From positions 1-54,417 of IMG/VR virus record IMGVR_UViG_3300011116_000815: a stretch of 54,417 nt of DNA, one strand, 5' to 3'. Both the position numbers and the translations under genes were made by a program. The stretch comes from a virus (Duplodnaviria > Caudoviricetes). How positions within the stretch are numbered: the stretch's first letter is position 1; each line of letters starts with the position of its first letter. The notes beneath the pieces are model-generated. The model did no database searches. It was not told where the DNA came from and was given only the letters and a program-made list of their open reading frames with translations. Shown here in pieces: positions 45,470 through 54,417 of the stretch.

Positions 45470-48400
45470 CAACACGACCCGGCTGAAGATCCTGGCCCAG
45501 GTCGAGGGGGTGCAGGGGTTCGATTCGCTGAAGCGAAGCCTGCAGGGGCTGGCGCAGCAGGGGCAGCAATCGGGCCGATCGCTGGATCGGCTCTACACCA
45601 GCTATCAGCAGCTGTCCGGGGCTGGGAAGAACAGCATCAGCAGCCTGAGGCTCCAGGCAACAGCCCTGGCCCAGCTGCGAGATCAGGCTGAGCTTGGCAG
45701 CCGGAAGTTTCGGATCCTGACCCAGGACCTCGAGCGGGTTGAGAAGCAGCTGCAGCAGACCACCCGCGCGACCCGCGGCGCAGCGCCAGCCATGGGCGGC
45801 GGCATGGGCCTGGCGGGCCTGGCGGGCCAGTTCGCCCCGCAGCTGGCCGTGGGCGCCGCTGTGGCCGGGATCGCCACAGCAGGGGTAAGCGCTGAGTCGG
45901 CGCAGGTGCGGCTCAAGGCGCTGACGGATCAGTTCGGTGAGTACAACGAGGCGCAGGCAGCAGCGGCGCGGATCGCCGGCACGCTGCGGCTGAGCACGGC
46001 CGAGTCGCAGCAGTCGTTCGCTGATCTCTATGCGAGCCTGAGGCCGACCGGCATCACGATCAAGGAGCTGGAAGACACTCTGATCGGGTTCTCTGCGGCG
46101 GCTCGCAACAGTGGCGCAACGGCGCAGGAGACCAGCAACGCGTTGATCCAGCTGAAGCAGGGCCTGGCCAGCGGAACGCTGCAGGGTGAGGAGCTGCGGT
46201 CAATTCGTGAGCAAGCGCCACTGGCGGCGCAGGCGATTGCGAAGGAAATGGGTACGACGATCGGCAACCTGAAGAACCTTGCGGCCGAAGGGAAGGTCAC
46301 GACCGATGTGGTAATCCGCGCGATGGGGCGGCTGAAGGAAGAGCAGCTCGGGAAGTTGAATGCGCAATTCAACACGGCAGAGCAGGCGATGATTGACATG
46401 AAGAATGCGGCGTTAGATGCTGGGTCGGAGATCTCTAAGCTGTTTGGTCCGACTATGGTGGCCGGGTTGAGGCTATTGACTGGCGCATTGAAGGGAGTCA
46501 ACGATCAGCTTAAGTTTTACTCCGACACTCAAGCCGCCCTGAAAAACTACAATATTACCCCAGAGCAAGAGCTAAAGATTCGGCAGAAGGCCGACAAAGA
46601 AGCAGAAGATATTGTCAATAGGCGTCGTATTGCCAATCCATTCCAGAGAAACGAGGAGTATCAAAGAGTCAGGCAAGAGCAATACAAAAACATGATTGAG
46701 CGATTTAGGTATGGTAGCGCTGGTCTTCAATCTAAAGATTTCGCGCTGACTCCTGAGCAGCTTGCCGATCAAGCGGCAGCACGTCAGGAACGATTGCAGG
46801 CCGAATTAGACGCAAAGAACGGCAAGAAAAAGGAGTTTAAGCCAAGTAGCCGTGCGCAAGCGTTGGTCAATGCCGCTAAGAAGCTTGGGGTTTCACCACT
46901 TGACCTGGCGACAATCATAAGCTTTGAGACTTCAGGGACATTCAGCCCGTCAATCGTTGGTGGAGAAGCTAACAAGTATCAAGGCCTAATCCAATTCGGC
47001 CCTCCAGAGCGTGCGCAATACGGAATGAATAGGCAGCAGACATTTGAGGAACAGGTACAGGGTCCAGTGGTTCGATATTTCCAAGATCGTTTTGCTAGGG
47101 CTGGAAAGAGCACTCAAGGCGCAGATCTGCTCAAGCTCTATACAACAGTCTTAACCGGAAGCCCAAGCGGTAGCCCTAACGCAAAAGACGTATTTGAGAC
47201 AAGTCCAAGATCTGGCGTAGCCGCAATGGGACCACACAGGCAGCGTGCGCTGCAAGTGTTCTTTGGCGGCAAGCTCGAAAACGTCGGCTATTCAATGGCT
47301 CAGGCTGGTGAAGACATTTCGCAAGGGTTTGAGCAGACTCAAAAACTCGCCGAACAACGTGCCAAAGAGCAGAAAGACACAATCGAGCGCAATCAGAAAC
47401 TGGCCGAACAAGCACAGCAACAGGAGGACTCCTATTTCGCAAGCCTGCAGACAACTAAAGATCAGGCAAGATTGCTCGGGACTATGACGGAGGGCCAACG
47501 ACTACTGGAGGAGTTCGCCAATAACATTCTCGACATCGAGCGAGACACGGCGAAAGTGAAAGCCGAGGCCCTGACCGAGGATGCTGCAGCGCTTGCGGTT
47601 GCGGATGGTGAGCTGAAGAAGCAGAACGCGCTGAACAAGCTGTATCAGGATCAGGCGGCGCTGAAGTCGGCGGCGATGTCCGAATCCTGGGCCCAACAGC
47701 AGGAAACCCTCCAGAGCACGCTGACCAGCTACTACCAGCAGCAAGCCGATCTGCTGGGCGAGCAGAATCAGTTGGCCGTCAGCCTGTCGCAGTCAATCGG
47801 ACAGGGACTGCAACAGGCGTTCAGCCTGGCGATTCAGGGCACCGAGGACTGGGGCGCCAGCCTGAAGAACCTCGCCAGCGGCGTGCTGCAAGACATCGCT
47901 CAGCAACTGCTGCAGATCGCGGTCATCACCCCGATCGTCAACAGCATCGCCGGGATCGGCGCGCGCGGCATCACGCCAATCGCCCCCGGAATCTCGGCGC
48001 TACCCGGCGGCGACTTCGCCGGGGCATTCACCGGTGGCGGCGGCATGTCGTTCACCGGCGGGCTGCCCGCGGCAGCGATGACTCCAGGCGCGTTCCAGTT
48101 CGCCACCGGCGGCATCATGACCCCTCAGGGTGCGGTGCCGCTGCGGCGTTACGCACGAGGCGGGATCGCCACGGCCCCACAGGCGGCGATCTACGGGGAG
48201 GGATCCACCCCTGAGGCGTTCGTCCCGCTGCCCGATGGCCGGCGGATCCCGGTGGCCCTGCGGCAGTATCCGGGCATCCCTGGCGCCCCCGGCACCGGCG
48301 GATCGTTTGAGCAGACCGACGCGGTGGTGCAGCGGCTGGTCGAGACGGCCCGGCAGGAGTCTGCGGTCCGCGCCGCCACGGGCTCTGCCGCTGCACCTGG

Positions 48401-48566
48401 CGGCACCATGCGCATCCAGATCGAAACCACCCGGATCAACTCGGTGGACTACGTCACTGCAGAGCAGGCGCAGGCGCTGGCGCAGGCGGCGGCGACCCGC
48501 AGCACAGCCCGGCAACAGCGGGCCCTCCAGGGCAGCCCGGCGGCCCGGCGATCGGTGGGGATCTGA
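45462..48566 (+). CDS. Tape measure protein with internal lysozyme/transglycosylase-like domain
   Basis: QLKQGLASGTLQGEELRSIREQAP; ISFETSGTF...YQGLIQFG; FATGG...GEGSTPEAFVPL. Confidence 0.9.
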   Translation: MADNTTRLKILAQVEGVQGFDSLKRSLQGLAQQGQQSGRSLDRLYTSYQQLSGAGKNSISSLRLQATALAQLRDQAELGSRKFRILTQDLERVEKQLQQTTRATRGAAPAMGGGMGLAGLAGQFAPQLAVGAAVAGIATAGVSAESAQVRLKALTDQFGEYNEAQAAAARIAGTLRLSTAESQQSFADLYASLRPTGITIKELEDTLIGFSAAARNSGATAQETSNALIQLKQGLASGTLQGEELRSIREQAPLAAQAIAKEMGTTIGNLKNLAAEGKVTTDVVIRAMGRLKEEQLGKLNAQFNTAEQAMIDMKNAALDAGSEISKLFGPTMVAGLRLLTGALKGVNDQLKFYSDTQAALKNYNITPEQELKIRQKADKEAEDIVNRRRIANPFQRNEEYQRVRQEQYKNMIERFRYGSAGLQSKDFALTPEQLADQAAARQERLQAELDAKNGKKKEFKPSSRAQALVNAAKKLGVSPLDLATIISFETSGTFSPSIVGGEANKYQGLIQFGPPERAQYGMNRQQTFEEQVQGPVVRYFQDRFARAGKSTQGADLLKLYTTVLTGSPSGSPNAKDVFETSPRSGVAAMGPHRQRALQVFFGGKLENVGYSMAQAGEDISQGFEQTQKLAEQRAKEQKDTIERNQKLAEQAQQQEDSYFASLQTTKDQARLLGTMTEGQRLLEEFANNILDIERDTAKVKAEALTEDAAALAVADGELKKQNALNKLYQDQAALKSAAMSESWAQQQETLQSTLTSYYQQQADLLGEQNQLAVSLSQSIGQGLQQAFSLAIQGTEDWGASLKNLASGVLQDIAQQLLQIAVITPIVNSIAGIGARGITPIAPGISALPGGDFAGAFTGGGGMSFTGGLPAAAMTPGAFQFATGGIMTPQGAVPLRRYARGGIATAPQAAIYGEGSTPEAFVPLPDGRRIPVALRQYPGIPGAPGTGGSFEQTDAVVQRLVETARQESAVRAATGSAAAPGGTMRIQIETTRINSVDYVTAEQAQALAQAAATRSTARQQRALQGSPAARRSVGI

Positions 48567-49039
48567 TGGACCACGACATTGCCGAGGGCGTCTACCTGCA
48601 GTTCCTGACCCGAGACGGGGCACCCACCGGCTATGCGTTTCAGCAGTTCCACGTCGGCGAGACGCGGACTTACGAGGGGGTGGACTATCTGTTCGCGGGG
48701 TTCCAATACTCCGGCGCGACAGTCGACCTGGGATTCCCGAATGCTGAGGCGGTGCTGGCGTTTCACGCGAACACGCTGGGCCTGAACATCTGGAAGCAAT
48801 CGGCCGATGATCTGTGGATTGCCAGGGTGCGCACGGTCTGGATCGACCCCGAGACGCTGGACGAAACCGGAGTGCAGATGATCGACACCTACGCCGTGAC
48901 CGGCTACACCCATGACCTGCAACAGGTGAGCCTGACCCTGGGCAGCCCGCTGGATGCAATCGGCGGCGACTGGCCACGGCGGGTGCTGACACAGGCGATG
49001 GTCGGCGCTCTGCCACCCACGGGAGACACGAGGTTCTGA
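48566..49039 (+). CDS. Minor tail protein
   Basis: After the tape measure gene; LGSPLDAIG..WPRRVLT. Confidence 0.6.
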   Translation: MDHDIAEGVYLQFLTRDGAPTGYAFQQFHVGETRTYEGVDYLFAGFQYSGATVDLGFPNAEAVLAFHANTLGLNIWKQSADDLWIARVRTVWIDPETLDETGVQMIDTYAVTGYTHDLQQVSLTLGSPLDAIGGDWPRRVLTQAMVGALPPTGDTRF

Positions 49040-52000
49040 TGCTCGGGAAGCGACGCCTGCGCCTGCTGCTGCCGATCGACCGGCAGATCATGGCCGCCCT
49101 GGGCCTGACGGAGGCGCAGTATCGGCGATTCCAGCTTGAGGCCGAGCGCATGACCCGGCAGCGGCCGGCGCAAGGGCCTCAGGCGCTGGACCCGTTCCTG
49201 ACGTCGCTGCTGATCAGCCTGGCGATCAGCGCTGCGACTACGGCTGCGTCCTACCTGCTGACCCCACGCCCGCGGCTGAAGCAGCCCAGCAGGGCCAGGC
49301 CGGGCGAGCTGCGGCAGGAGCAGCAGCAGGGCCAGCAGCTGGTCAGCCGCACCGAGTTTGCGCCGAAAGCCGGCATCAGCAGCAGCCAGGACACGGTCGA
49401 GCTGGGCGCCACGGTGCCGGTGATCTGGGCCCACCGCGAGACGATCGACGGCGTGACCTATGGCGGCGTGCGGGTGAATTGCCCCCTGCTGTGGTCCCAG
49501 ATGGTGAGCCTGGGCGGCAGCCAGATGTTGAGGGCCGTCTACCTGGTCGGCGAGGCCTCGGTGACGGGCATCGACCCGCAGCAGTTCGCATTTGGGGAGA
49601 ACCTCCTGTCCGCCTACGACCTGGGCGCGGCCGGTGAGCAGTCGGCCCGCGTGACCCTCTACCACCGGACTGGTGGGGGGCGGATCCGCGCGAGCGACCG
49701 CATCGCCGGGCGGCTGGCGGCGAACGACCCAGGGAATGCCGAGGCGGCAGGGGCGGGCGATGTGTTTCAGGTGCGGGGACTGAACAATGAGTGGGTCCCG
49801 GCGACGTGCTACAGCTACACCCCCTCAACCCAGACGACGTTCGGGGTCTACTCGCCCATCGGCAACGGGCTGGCCTACCGGGTGAACCCGAGCATCAGGC
49901 CGATCACTCAGGCGAATGTCCAGACGCCACGGGACAAGGCGCTGACGGAGCAGGGGTATGGGCTGATCGTCTGCAGCCGCGATAATGCCGCGACGGCGCA
50001 GCGGGCGAAGTCAGATGCGATCAGCGCGAGCCGCTGCGGCCTAACTGCCCATCGCCGCGGCGGCAGCCCGGTGGTCGACAACACCCTGCTGGTCGACGAC
50101 GAGCTGGACCTGCTGCTGGACGCCAGCACCGAGGCGGCGCTGACGTTCGGGTCTGGGGACTACAGCGAATCGCGCGGGGACATCGGCTCAGCGGTGTCCG
50201 GCCGGCAGCGTGGCTGGGATGATGCGCTGATCGTCGGCGAGCTGTACCGGATCGGGTCGGCGGTCTGCGTCTGCAGCGCCAGGAGCCCATCGGACGACGT
50301 GTTCCGGTCGGACGTGGATCAGCAGCCGATCGGCGGCGGTGTGAGCGTGACGGCGACCTTCCGCGTGGTGGAGGCGGGTGCGGCCGATTTCCCCGGCCCC
50401 GGTGGCACCAGATCAGGAACCGCTGCGCCGCATGTGCTGCGGATGGCCCGGGCCACGGTGGCGGTGCCGCAGCCAGCGCAGGTGATCGAGATCGGGATCC
50501 GCTCAACGGTTGGGATCAGAGTCGGCGGGTTGATGAACTTCCGCGATGCCCTGCCCTACGCCGAGGTCGACGGGCGGGCGTGCGACTACATGAACCTGAG
50601 CTACCTGCCGCCGAATCAGATCCTGCGGGTGACGATCTACCAGTCGAGCACGATCACGCAGACCGAAACCCGCTATTCGTTCTGGCGAGTGCGCTACCGG
50701 ATCGCCGGCAGCAGCAGCAGCTGGTCAACCCTGCCGCAGCTGTTCGGGGCGGCTGGCAGCACCCAACAGGCTCAGTTTGGGTTCCTGCGGATGGAGTTCC
50801 CAACGCGGCAGCGATGGGAGGTGCGGATGGATCCGGTGAGCGGATGGGAGGTGCGCAGCGGCACGGCCACCGGTGACCTGGTGGTGATCGACGCCAGGCT
50901 GTCGACCCTGCTGACCGTGGGCGACGGATCGGTGGTGGTGCGAGTGCCCGGCGACATCGTGCCGCGCCAGTCGTCGACGTTCCAGATGCCATGCACGATC
51001 AACACCCGCGGCGGCATCGGGATGCCGAATGTCGACGGCGGCAACTACGTCGATGAGTGGGCCCGGCTGGCTGAGCAGTTCGTCTACGACGAGATCACCG
51101 CCAGCACGGGCGCGCCTGAGCACGAGGTGACCTACGTCAACGTGATCGACACGGCGCCGACGACACCGAGCTACGACAATCTGACGCTGGTCGGCGTCAA
51201 CATCCGCAGCGGCAGCGAGGCTACCCAGCTGGGCCAGCTGAGCGTCTACGCCAATGACGGGATCGACGGATCGCACTCGTTCCCTGATCTGCTGGCAGCA
51301 GGACTGCAGAACGAGCGCTATGGGGTCGGGTCGATCCTGAGCCCGCTGCAGGTTGATGTGGCGTCGTTCGCCTATGCGACCGAGTGGACCCGCGCGCGTC
51401 GATACTTCTACGACGGGGCGCTGCAGCAGCCGGTCAACATCCGCAGCTGGGGCAACGACACCGCGGCGCTGTTCCTGCTGGATCTGGTGACCCGCAACGG
51501 AGTGAGCTACCTGCAGCCAGCGGTGCTGTTCGACCAGTCGGAGGAGATCACGGGCCTGTTCAATGCCGGCAACATCGTTGAGGGCAGCTTCAAGCTGAGC
51601 TATGTGGACCAGGCCGAGCGCCAGCCGTGCCGAGTGTCGGTGAAGTGGCGGGAGGAGCGCCGCGCCGAGGGTGACGGCAGCAATCGCGGCCTGTTCCCGG
51701 TCATGCGAGAGGTGACGGTCAGGGAGGCCGGCACCAGCGAGACCGCGCCGCTCGAAACCCTGGACCTGTCGGACTGGTGCACGAGCGAGCGCCACGCGAT
51801 CGACGTAGGGAAGCTCAAGGCGCGGCTGAAGCGGCTGATCACGCACCAGGTCACATTCGAGACCGTGCCCCAGCAGGCGACGCTCAGGCCCGGGCGGTGC
51901 TTCCGGCTGGCGATGGAGACGGTGGCCTACTCGAATCCGCGCAATGGGGCGATCCTGGCGGATGGCACGATCACCGCGAGCGAGCCCCTAGCCGACGGCA

Positions 52001-53106
52001 CCTACGACGTGCTGCTGTGGGACGGCGTGGGGCAGATCCAGGAGGTGCAGCTGCAGGTCCTGGGCGGCAAGGCGGTGGGCCAGTCGTCGGCGGTGTTCAC
52101 CCTGGCGGACGTGTTCGGGACTGAGACGACCTACAAGGTCCAGTCGATGGCGTTCAACGAGGCGGGCAACATTGAGGTCACGGCGCTGCACTGGCCGACG
52201 GATCAGCAGGGCATGAGCGACGTGTCGGCGGGCTGGGAGGTAGCAGGCAACTGGGCCATTGAGGGGGCCATCGGCAGCACCGACGCGCCGGGGACGATCA
52301 CCAGCAGTTTCACCGGCGTGACGATCACAGGGCCCGGGACCCTGACCGTCGGGGTGGCTGGCAGCTATGCGGCGGTGATCAGCGGGACCGGGACCGGGTT
52401 CACCTACAGCTGGACCGGGGCGGGCCTGACGTTCGGCAGCCCCTCGGCGGCGACCACGACGATCACGGCCAGCAGCGCCGGCAGCAAGACCGCCAGCTGT
52501 GCGGTGACGCGCGGGGGCACGACGATCACCGACACGCACCCGATCCTGGCGGTTGCGGCCGATGCGACCACGACGATCGGCACCGTGACCATCAGCGGCG
52601 CAACGACCGGGACCAGCCCGGCGACGGCGAGCTACTCGGCAGCGGTGTCCGGGACCGCAACGGACCTGAGCTACAGCTGGACGGCGCCTGTGGTGCCGGC
52701 GGGCGGGGTGGTGACCTGGGACGCCACGAACCTGGCGACGGTCTCGGCGACGTTCACTGGCGTCGGTACCTATCAGCTGGCGTGCCGGGTCACCAGCTAC
52801 GCGGCGACGGACCGGATCATCGACAAGGCGGTGACGTTCAACCTGTCGACGGACACGGCGACGGCAACGGCGCACGGGCTCGCCGCGGGCGATCCGGTAA
52901 CATTCACCGCGACCACCGGCACCCTGCCAACGGGGCTGCAGGAGCAGACCACCTACTGGGTCCGATCGGGCGGGCTGACGGCCGATGCGTTCACGGTCGC
53001 CACGGCCCCGGGCGGCACCCTGCTGGACCTGTCCGGCGCCGCTGGCGGCACGTACCGGGTGACCAGACTGGGGCGGTCCGACCTGCATCAGGTGGTGATC
53101 TCGTGA
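49039..53106 (+). CDS. Tail tip/host-specificity protein (gpJ-like) with C-terminal Ig/PKD-like repeats
   Basis: ELGATVPVIW, NERYGVG, FYDG, LFNAGNI; Thr/Gly-rich C-terminal domains. Confidence 0.75.
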   Translation: MLGKRRLRLLLPIDRQIMAALGLTEAQYRRFQLEAERMTRQRPAQGPQALDPFLTSLLISLAISAATTAASYLLTPRPRLKQPSRARPGELRQEQQQGQQLVSRTEFAPKAGISSSQDTVELGATVPVIWAHRETIDGVTYGGVRVNCPLLWSQMVSLGGSQMLRAVYLVGEASVTGIDPQQFAFGENLLSAYDLGAAGEQSARVTLYHRTGGGRIRASDRIAGRLAANDPGNAEAAGAGDVFQVRGLNNEWVPATCYSYTPSTQTTFGVYSPIGNGLAYRVNPSIRPITQANVQTPRDKALTEQGYGLIVCSRDNAATAQRAKSDAISASRCGLTAHRRGGSPVVDNTLLVDDELDLLLDASTEAALTFGSGDYSESRGDIGSAVSGRQRGWDDALIVGELYRIGSAVCVCSARSPSDDVFRSDVDQQPIGGGVSVTATFRVVEAGAADFPGPGGTRSGTAAPHVLRMARATVAVPQPAQVIEIGIRSTVGIRVGGLMNFRDALPYAEVDGRACDYMNLSYLPPNQILRVTIYQSSTITQTETRYSFWRVRYRIAGSSSSWSTLPQLFGAAGSTQQAQFGFLRMEFPTRQRWEVRMDPVSGWEVRSGTATGDLVVIDARLSTLLTVGDGSVVVRVPGDIVPRQSSTFQMPCTINTRGGIGMPNVDGGNYVDEWARLAEQFVYDEITASTGAPEHEVTYVNVIDTAPTTPSYDNLTLVGVNIRSGSEATQLGQLSVYANDGIDGSHSFPDLLAAGLQNERYGVGSILSPLQVDVASFAYATEWTRARRYFYDGALQQPVNIRSWGNDTAALFLLDLVTRNGVSYLQPAVLFDQSEEITGLFNAGNIVEGSFKLSYVDQAERQPCRVSVKWREERRAEGDGSNRGLFPVMREVTVREAGTSETAPLETLDLSDWCTSERHAIDVGKLKARLKRLITHQVTFETVPQQATLRPGRCFRLAMETVAYSNPRNGAILADGTITASEPLADGTYDVLLWDGVGQIQEVQLQVLGGKAVGQSSAVFTLADVFGTETTYKVQSMAFNEAGNIEVTALHWPTDQQGMSDVSAGWEVAGNWAIEGAIGSTDAPGTITSSFTGVTITGPGTLTVGVAGSYAAVISGTGTGFTYSWTGAGLTFGSPSAATTTITASSAGSKTASCAVTRGGTTITDTHPILAVAADATTTIGTVTISGATTGTSPATASYSAAVSGTATDLSYSWTAPVVPAGGVVTWDATNLATVSATFTGVGTYQLACRVTSYAATDRIIDKAVTFNLSTDTATATAHGLAAGDPVTFTATTGTLPTGLQEQTTYWVRSGGLTADAFTVATAPGGTLLDLSGAAGGTYRVTRLGRSDLHQVVIS

Positions 53107-53483
53107 GCGTGCCATTCCCTGCGATCCGCCCGGCCAGTCGGCAGTACCAGCCGCCGGCGGTGCCGATCAGCGAGACCAGATCCGAGGCCGGCCTGACGTT
53201 CCGGCGACGGCGGGGGAGCCTGGCGGTTGATGCCTCGCTGGCCCTGCGGTTCGATGCGCGGCCTGTGAGCGACTGGGACGCGATCGAGGCGGCATGGCTG
53301 GCCAGCGACTGTGGGATGCAGGAGCTGGCCCTGCCGGCCGAGGTGTGGGCACCTGGGGCGGCGCCAGACCTGCCGGGGCTGCAATGGCGGTTCGTGCCGG
53401 ACCGGCCGCCGCAGAAGGGCCAGGAGCGGGACCTGCGCGGGCGGGTGGGCATCACGGTGGAGCTGCGGGCTGTGGCGGTCTGA
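53103..53483 (+). CDS. Minor tail (distal tail-like) protein
   Basis: GTG 53103 overlap; FPAIRPASRQY...WRF...P...VEL. Confidence 0.6.
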   Translation: MSVPFPAIRPASRQYQPPAVPISETRSEAGLTFRRRRGSLAVDASLALRFDARPVSDWDAIEAAWLASDCGMQELALPAEVWAPGAAPDLPGLQWRFVPDRPPQKGQERDLRGRVGITVELRAVAV

Positions 53484-53531
53484 GAACTGGCACAAGGGCA
53501 GCGGTCAGAGCCGGGCACTCGGGGGGATGAT
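53471..53531 (+). promoter_or_regulatory. Early-type promoter upstream of the RAMP-like gene
   Basis: TGTGGCG-N10-TGGCACA with a G run and GATGAT at the same spacing as the -10 in copies 3 and 4. Confidence 0.55.
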
Positions 53532-53579
53532 TCGGGGCATGGGCCGGAAGGCTCATTCATTCACACTCACCCAAGGAAC

Positions 53580-54197
53580 ATGGCCACCGCAATCGCGGCG
53601 ATCACGCCGCCGGATTTTCGGCATCTGAGCATCAACATCAAGGGCACCGCGCCGCTGGTGATCAATCGCTTCAGCGCCAAGGCAATGGAGAAGATCCGCG
53701 AGACCCAGGAGGCCGGAGGTGCCGCGAGGTCTCGCAAGACGAAGGATCCCAAGGACTTCCAAGAGCTCTTCGAGGGCGCGAAGCACGTGTCCGACGAGGG
53801 GTGGGAGGGGATTCACGCCGCCGCGTTCCGCAGCGCTGCAATCAGCGCTTGCCGGGCCTGTGGGTTCAAGATGACCCACGCCAAGCTGGCCTTCATGGTC
53901 ATGCAGGACGGGTTCGACCGAGTGGATGGGGCGCCGTTGGTGCGACTGACGAGCGGCACTGCTGAGCAGTGGGTGACGCCGACCCGGAACCAGACCGGGG
54001 TTGTTGATCTGCGATCCAGGCCGATGTATCGGGAGTGGAGTGCGACGCTGCGGATCCGGTACGACGCCGGGATGCTGCAGCAGAACGACGTGGTGAACCT
54101 GATCGCCAGAGTCGGCTACCAGGTCGGCATCGGCGAGGGACGGCCTGACTCGACGAAGTCCGCGGGCCTTGGCTTCGGCCTGTTCGAGATCGTGTGA
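53580..54197 (+). CDS. Stand-alone Cas7/RAMP-like RNA-binding protein (Vipr-like)
   Basis: N-terminal strand LSINIKGTAPLVIN, GIHAAAFRSAAISA (cf. RAMP IPGSSLKGALR), C-terminal Gly-rich loop VGIGEGRP...GLGFGLFEIV; AAGGA RBS; directly followed by the GGC-NN array. Confidence 0.75.
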   Translation: MATAIAAITPPDFRHLSINIKGTAPLVINRFSAKAMEKIRETQEAGGAARSRKTKDPKDFQELFEGAKHVSDEGWEGIHAAAFRSAAISACRACGFKMTHAKLAFMVMQDGFDRVDGAPLVRLTSGTAEQWVTPTRNQTGVVDLRSRPMYREWSATLRIRYDAGMLQQNDVVNLIARVGYQVGIGEGRPDSTKSAGLGFGLFEIV

Positions 54198-54209
54198 TGC
54201 AGATAATCA

Positions 54210-54417
54210 GGCACGGCAGGCACGGCTCGGCACGGCGAGGCTTGGCCTGGCGCGGCGGGGCAGGGCCTGGCCAGGCACCGCAGGCAAGGCGAGGCCAGGC
54301 CGGGCCAGGCTGGGCGGGGCACCGCAGGCACGGCGCGGCGAGGCGTGGCGGGGTCAGGCCTGGCCTGGCACCGCCGGCGCGGCGAGGCTAGGCGCGGCGG
54401 GGCCAGGCCGGGCGGGG
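54210..54417 (+). repeat. GGC-NN pentamer array (5' part, continues across the junction to 333)
   Basis: Begins 12 nt after the stop codon with GGCAC GGCA, then strict pentamers. Confidence 0.9.

Noticed and set aside
54249-54417. Terminal repeat as a biological direct terminal repeat
   Set aside because: It lies within a hard-to-assemble repeat, and a cos-like site exists at about 31.1 kb, so it is most likely an assembly overlap.

Overview
The window appears to be a whole circularly assembled phage genome of about 54,248 bp, since bases 1-169 repeat at 54249-54417 with 4 mismatches. It is a high-GC, lambda-like cos-packaging siphovirus. Its host is probably a picocyanobacterium, judged from an NblA-like gene, a cyanobacterial-type sigma-70 factor, and pentapeptide and RTX proteins. 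The modules are tail fibres and lysis (0.9-9 kb); methylases, sigma factor, recombination and small accessory genes (9-26 kb); helicase, primase and an iteron-rich putative origin (26-30 kb); and cos, terminase, head and tail genes (31-53.5 kb). I recognised no integrase. The standout locus spans the contig junction inside the tail module. It consists of a stand-alone Cas7/RAMP-like gene (53580-54197), then a 372-bp array of 68 GGC-NN pentamers split by CGCA/GGCA tetramers into 7 units (54210-54248 plus 1-333), then a conserved small phage gene (358-864). The locus is preceded by the phage's early-type promoter motif. It looks like a non-CRISPR RNA-guided system whose information lies in the variable NN dinucleotides, resembling what I recall as VIPR-type systems. 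All protein calls come from motif recognition by eye; no database searches were run.
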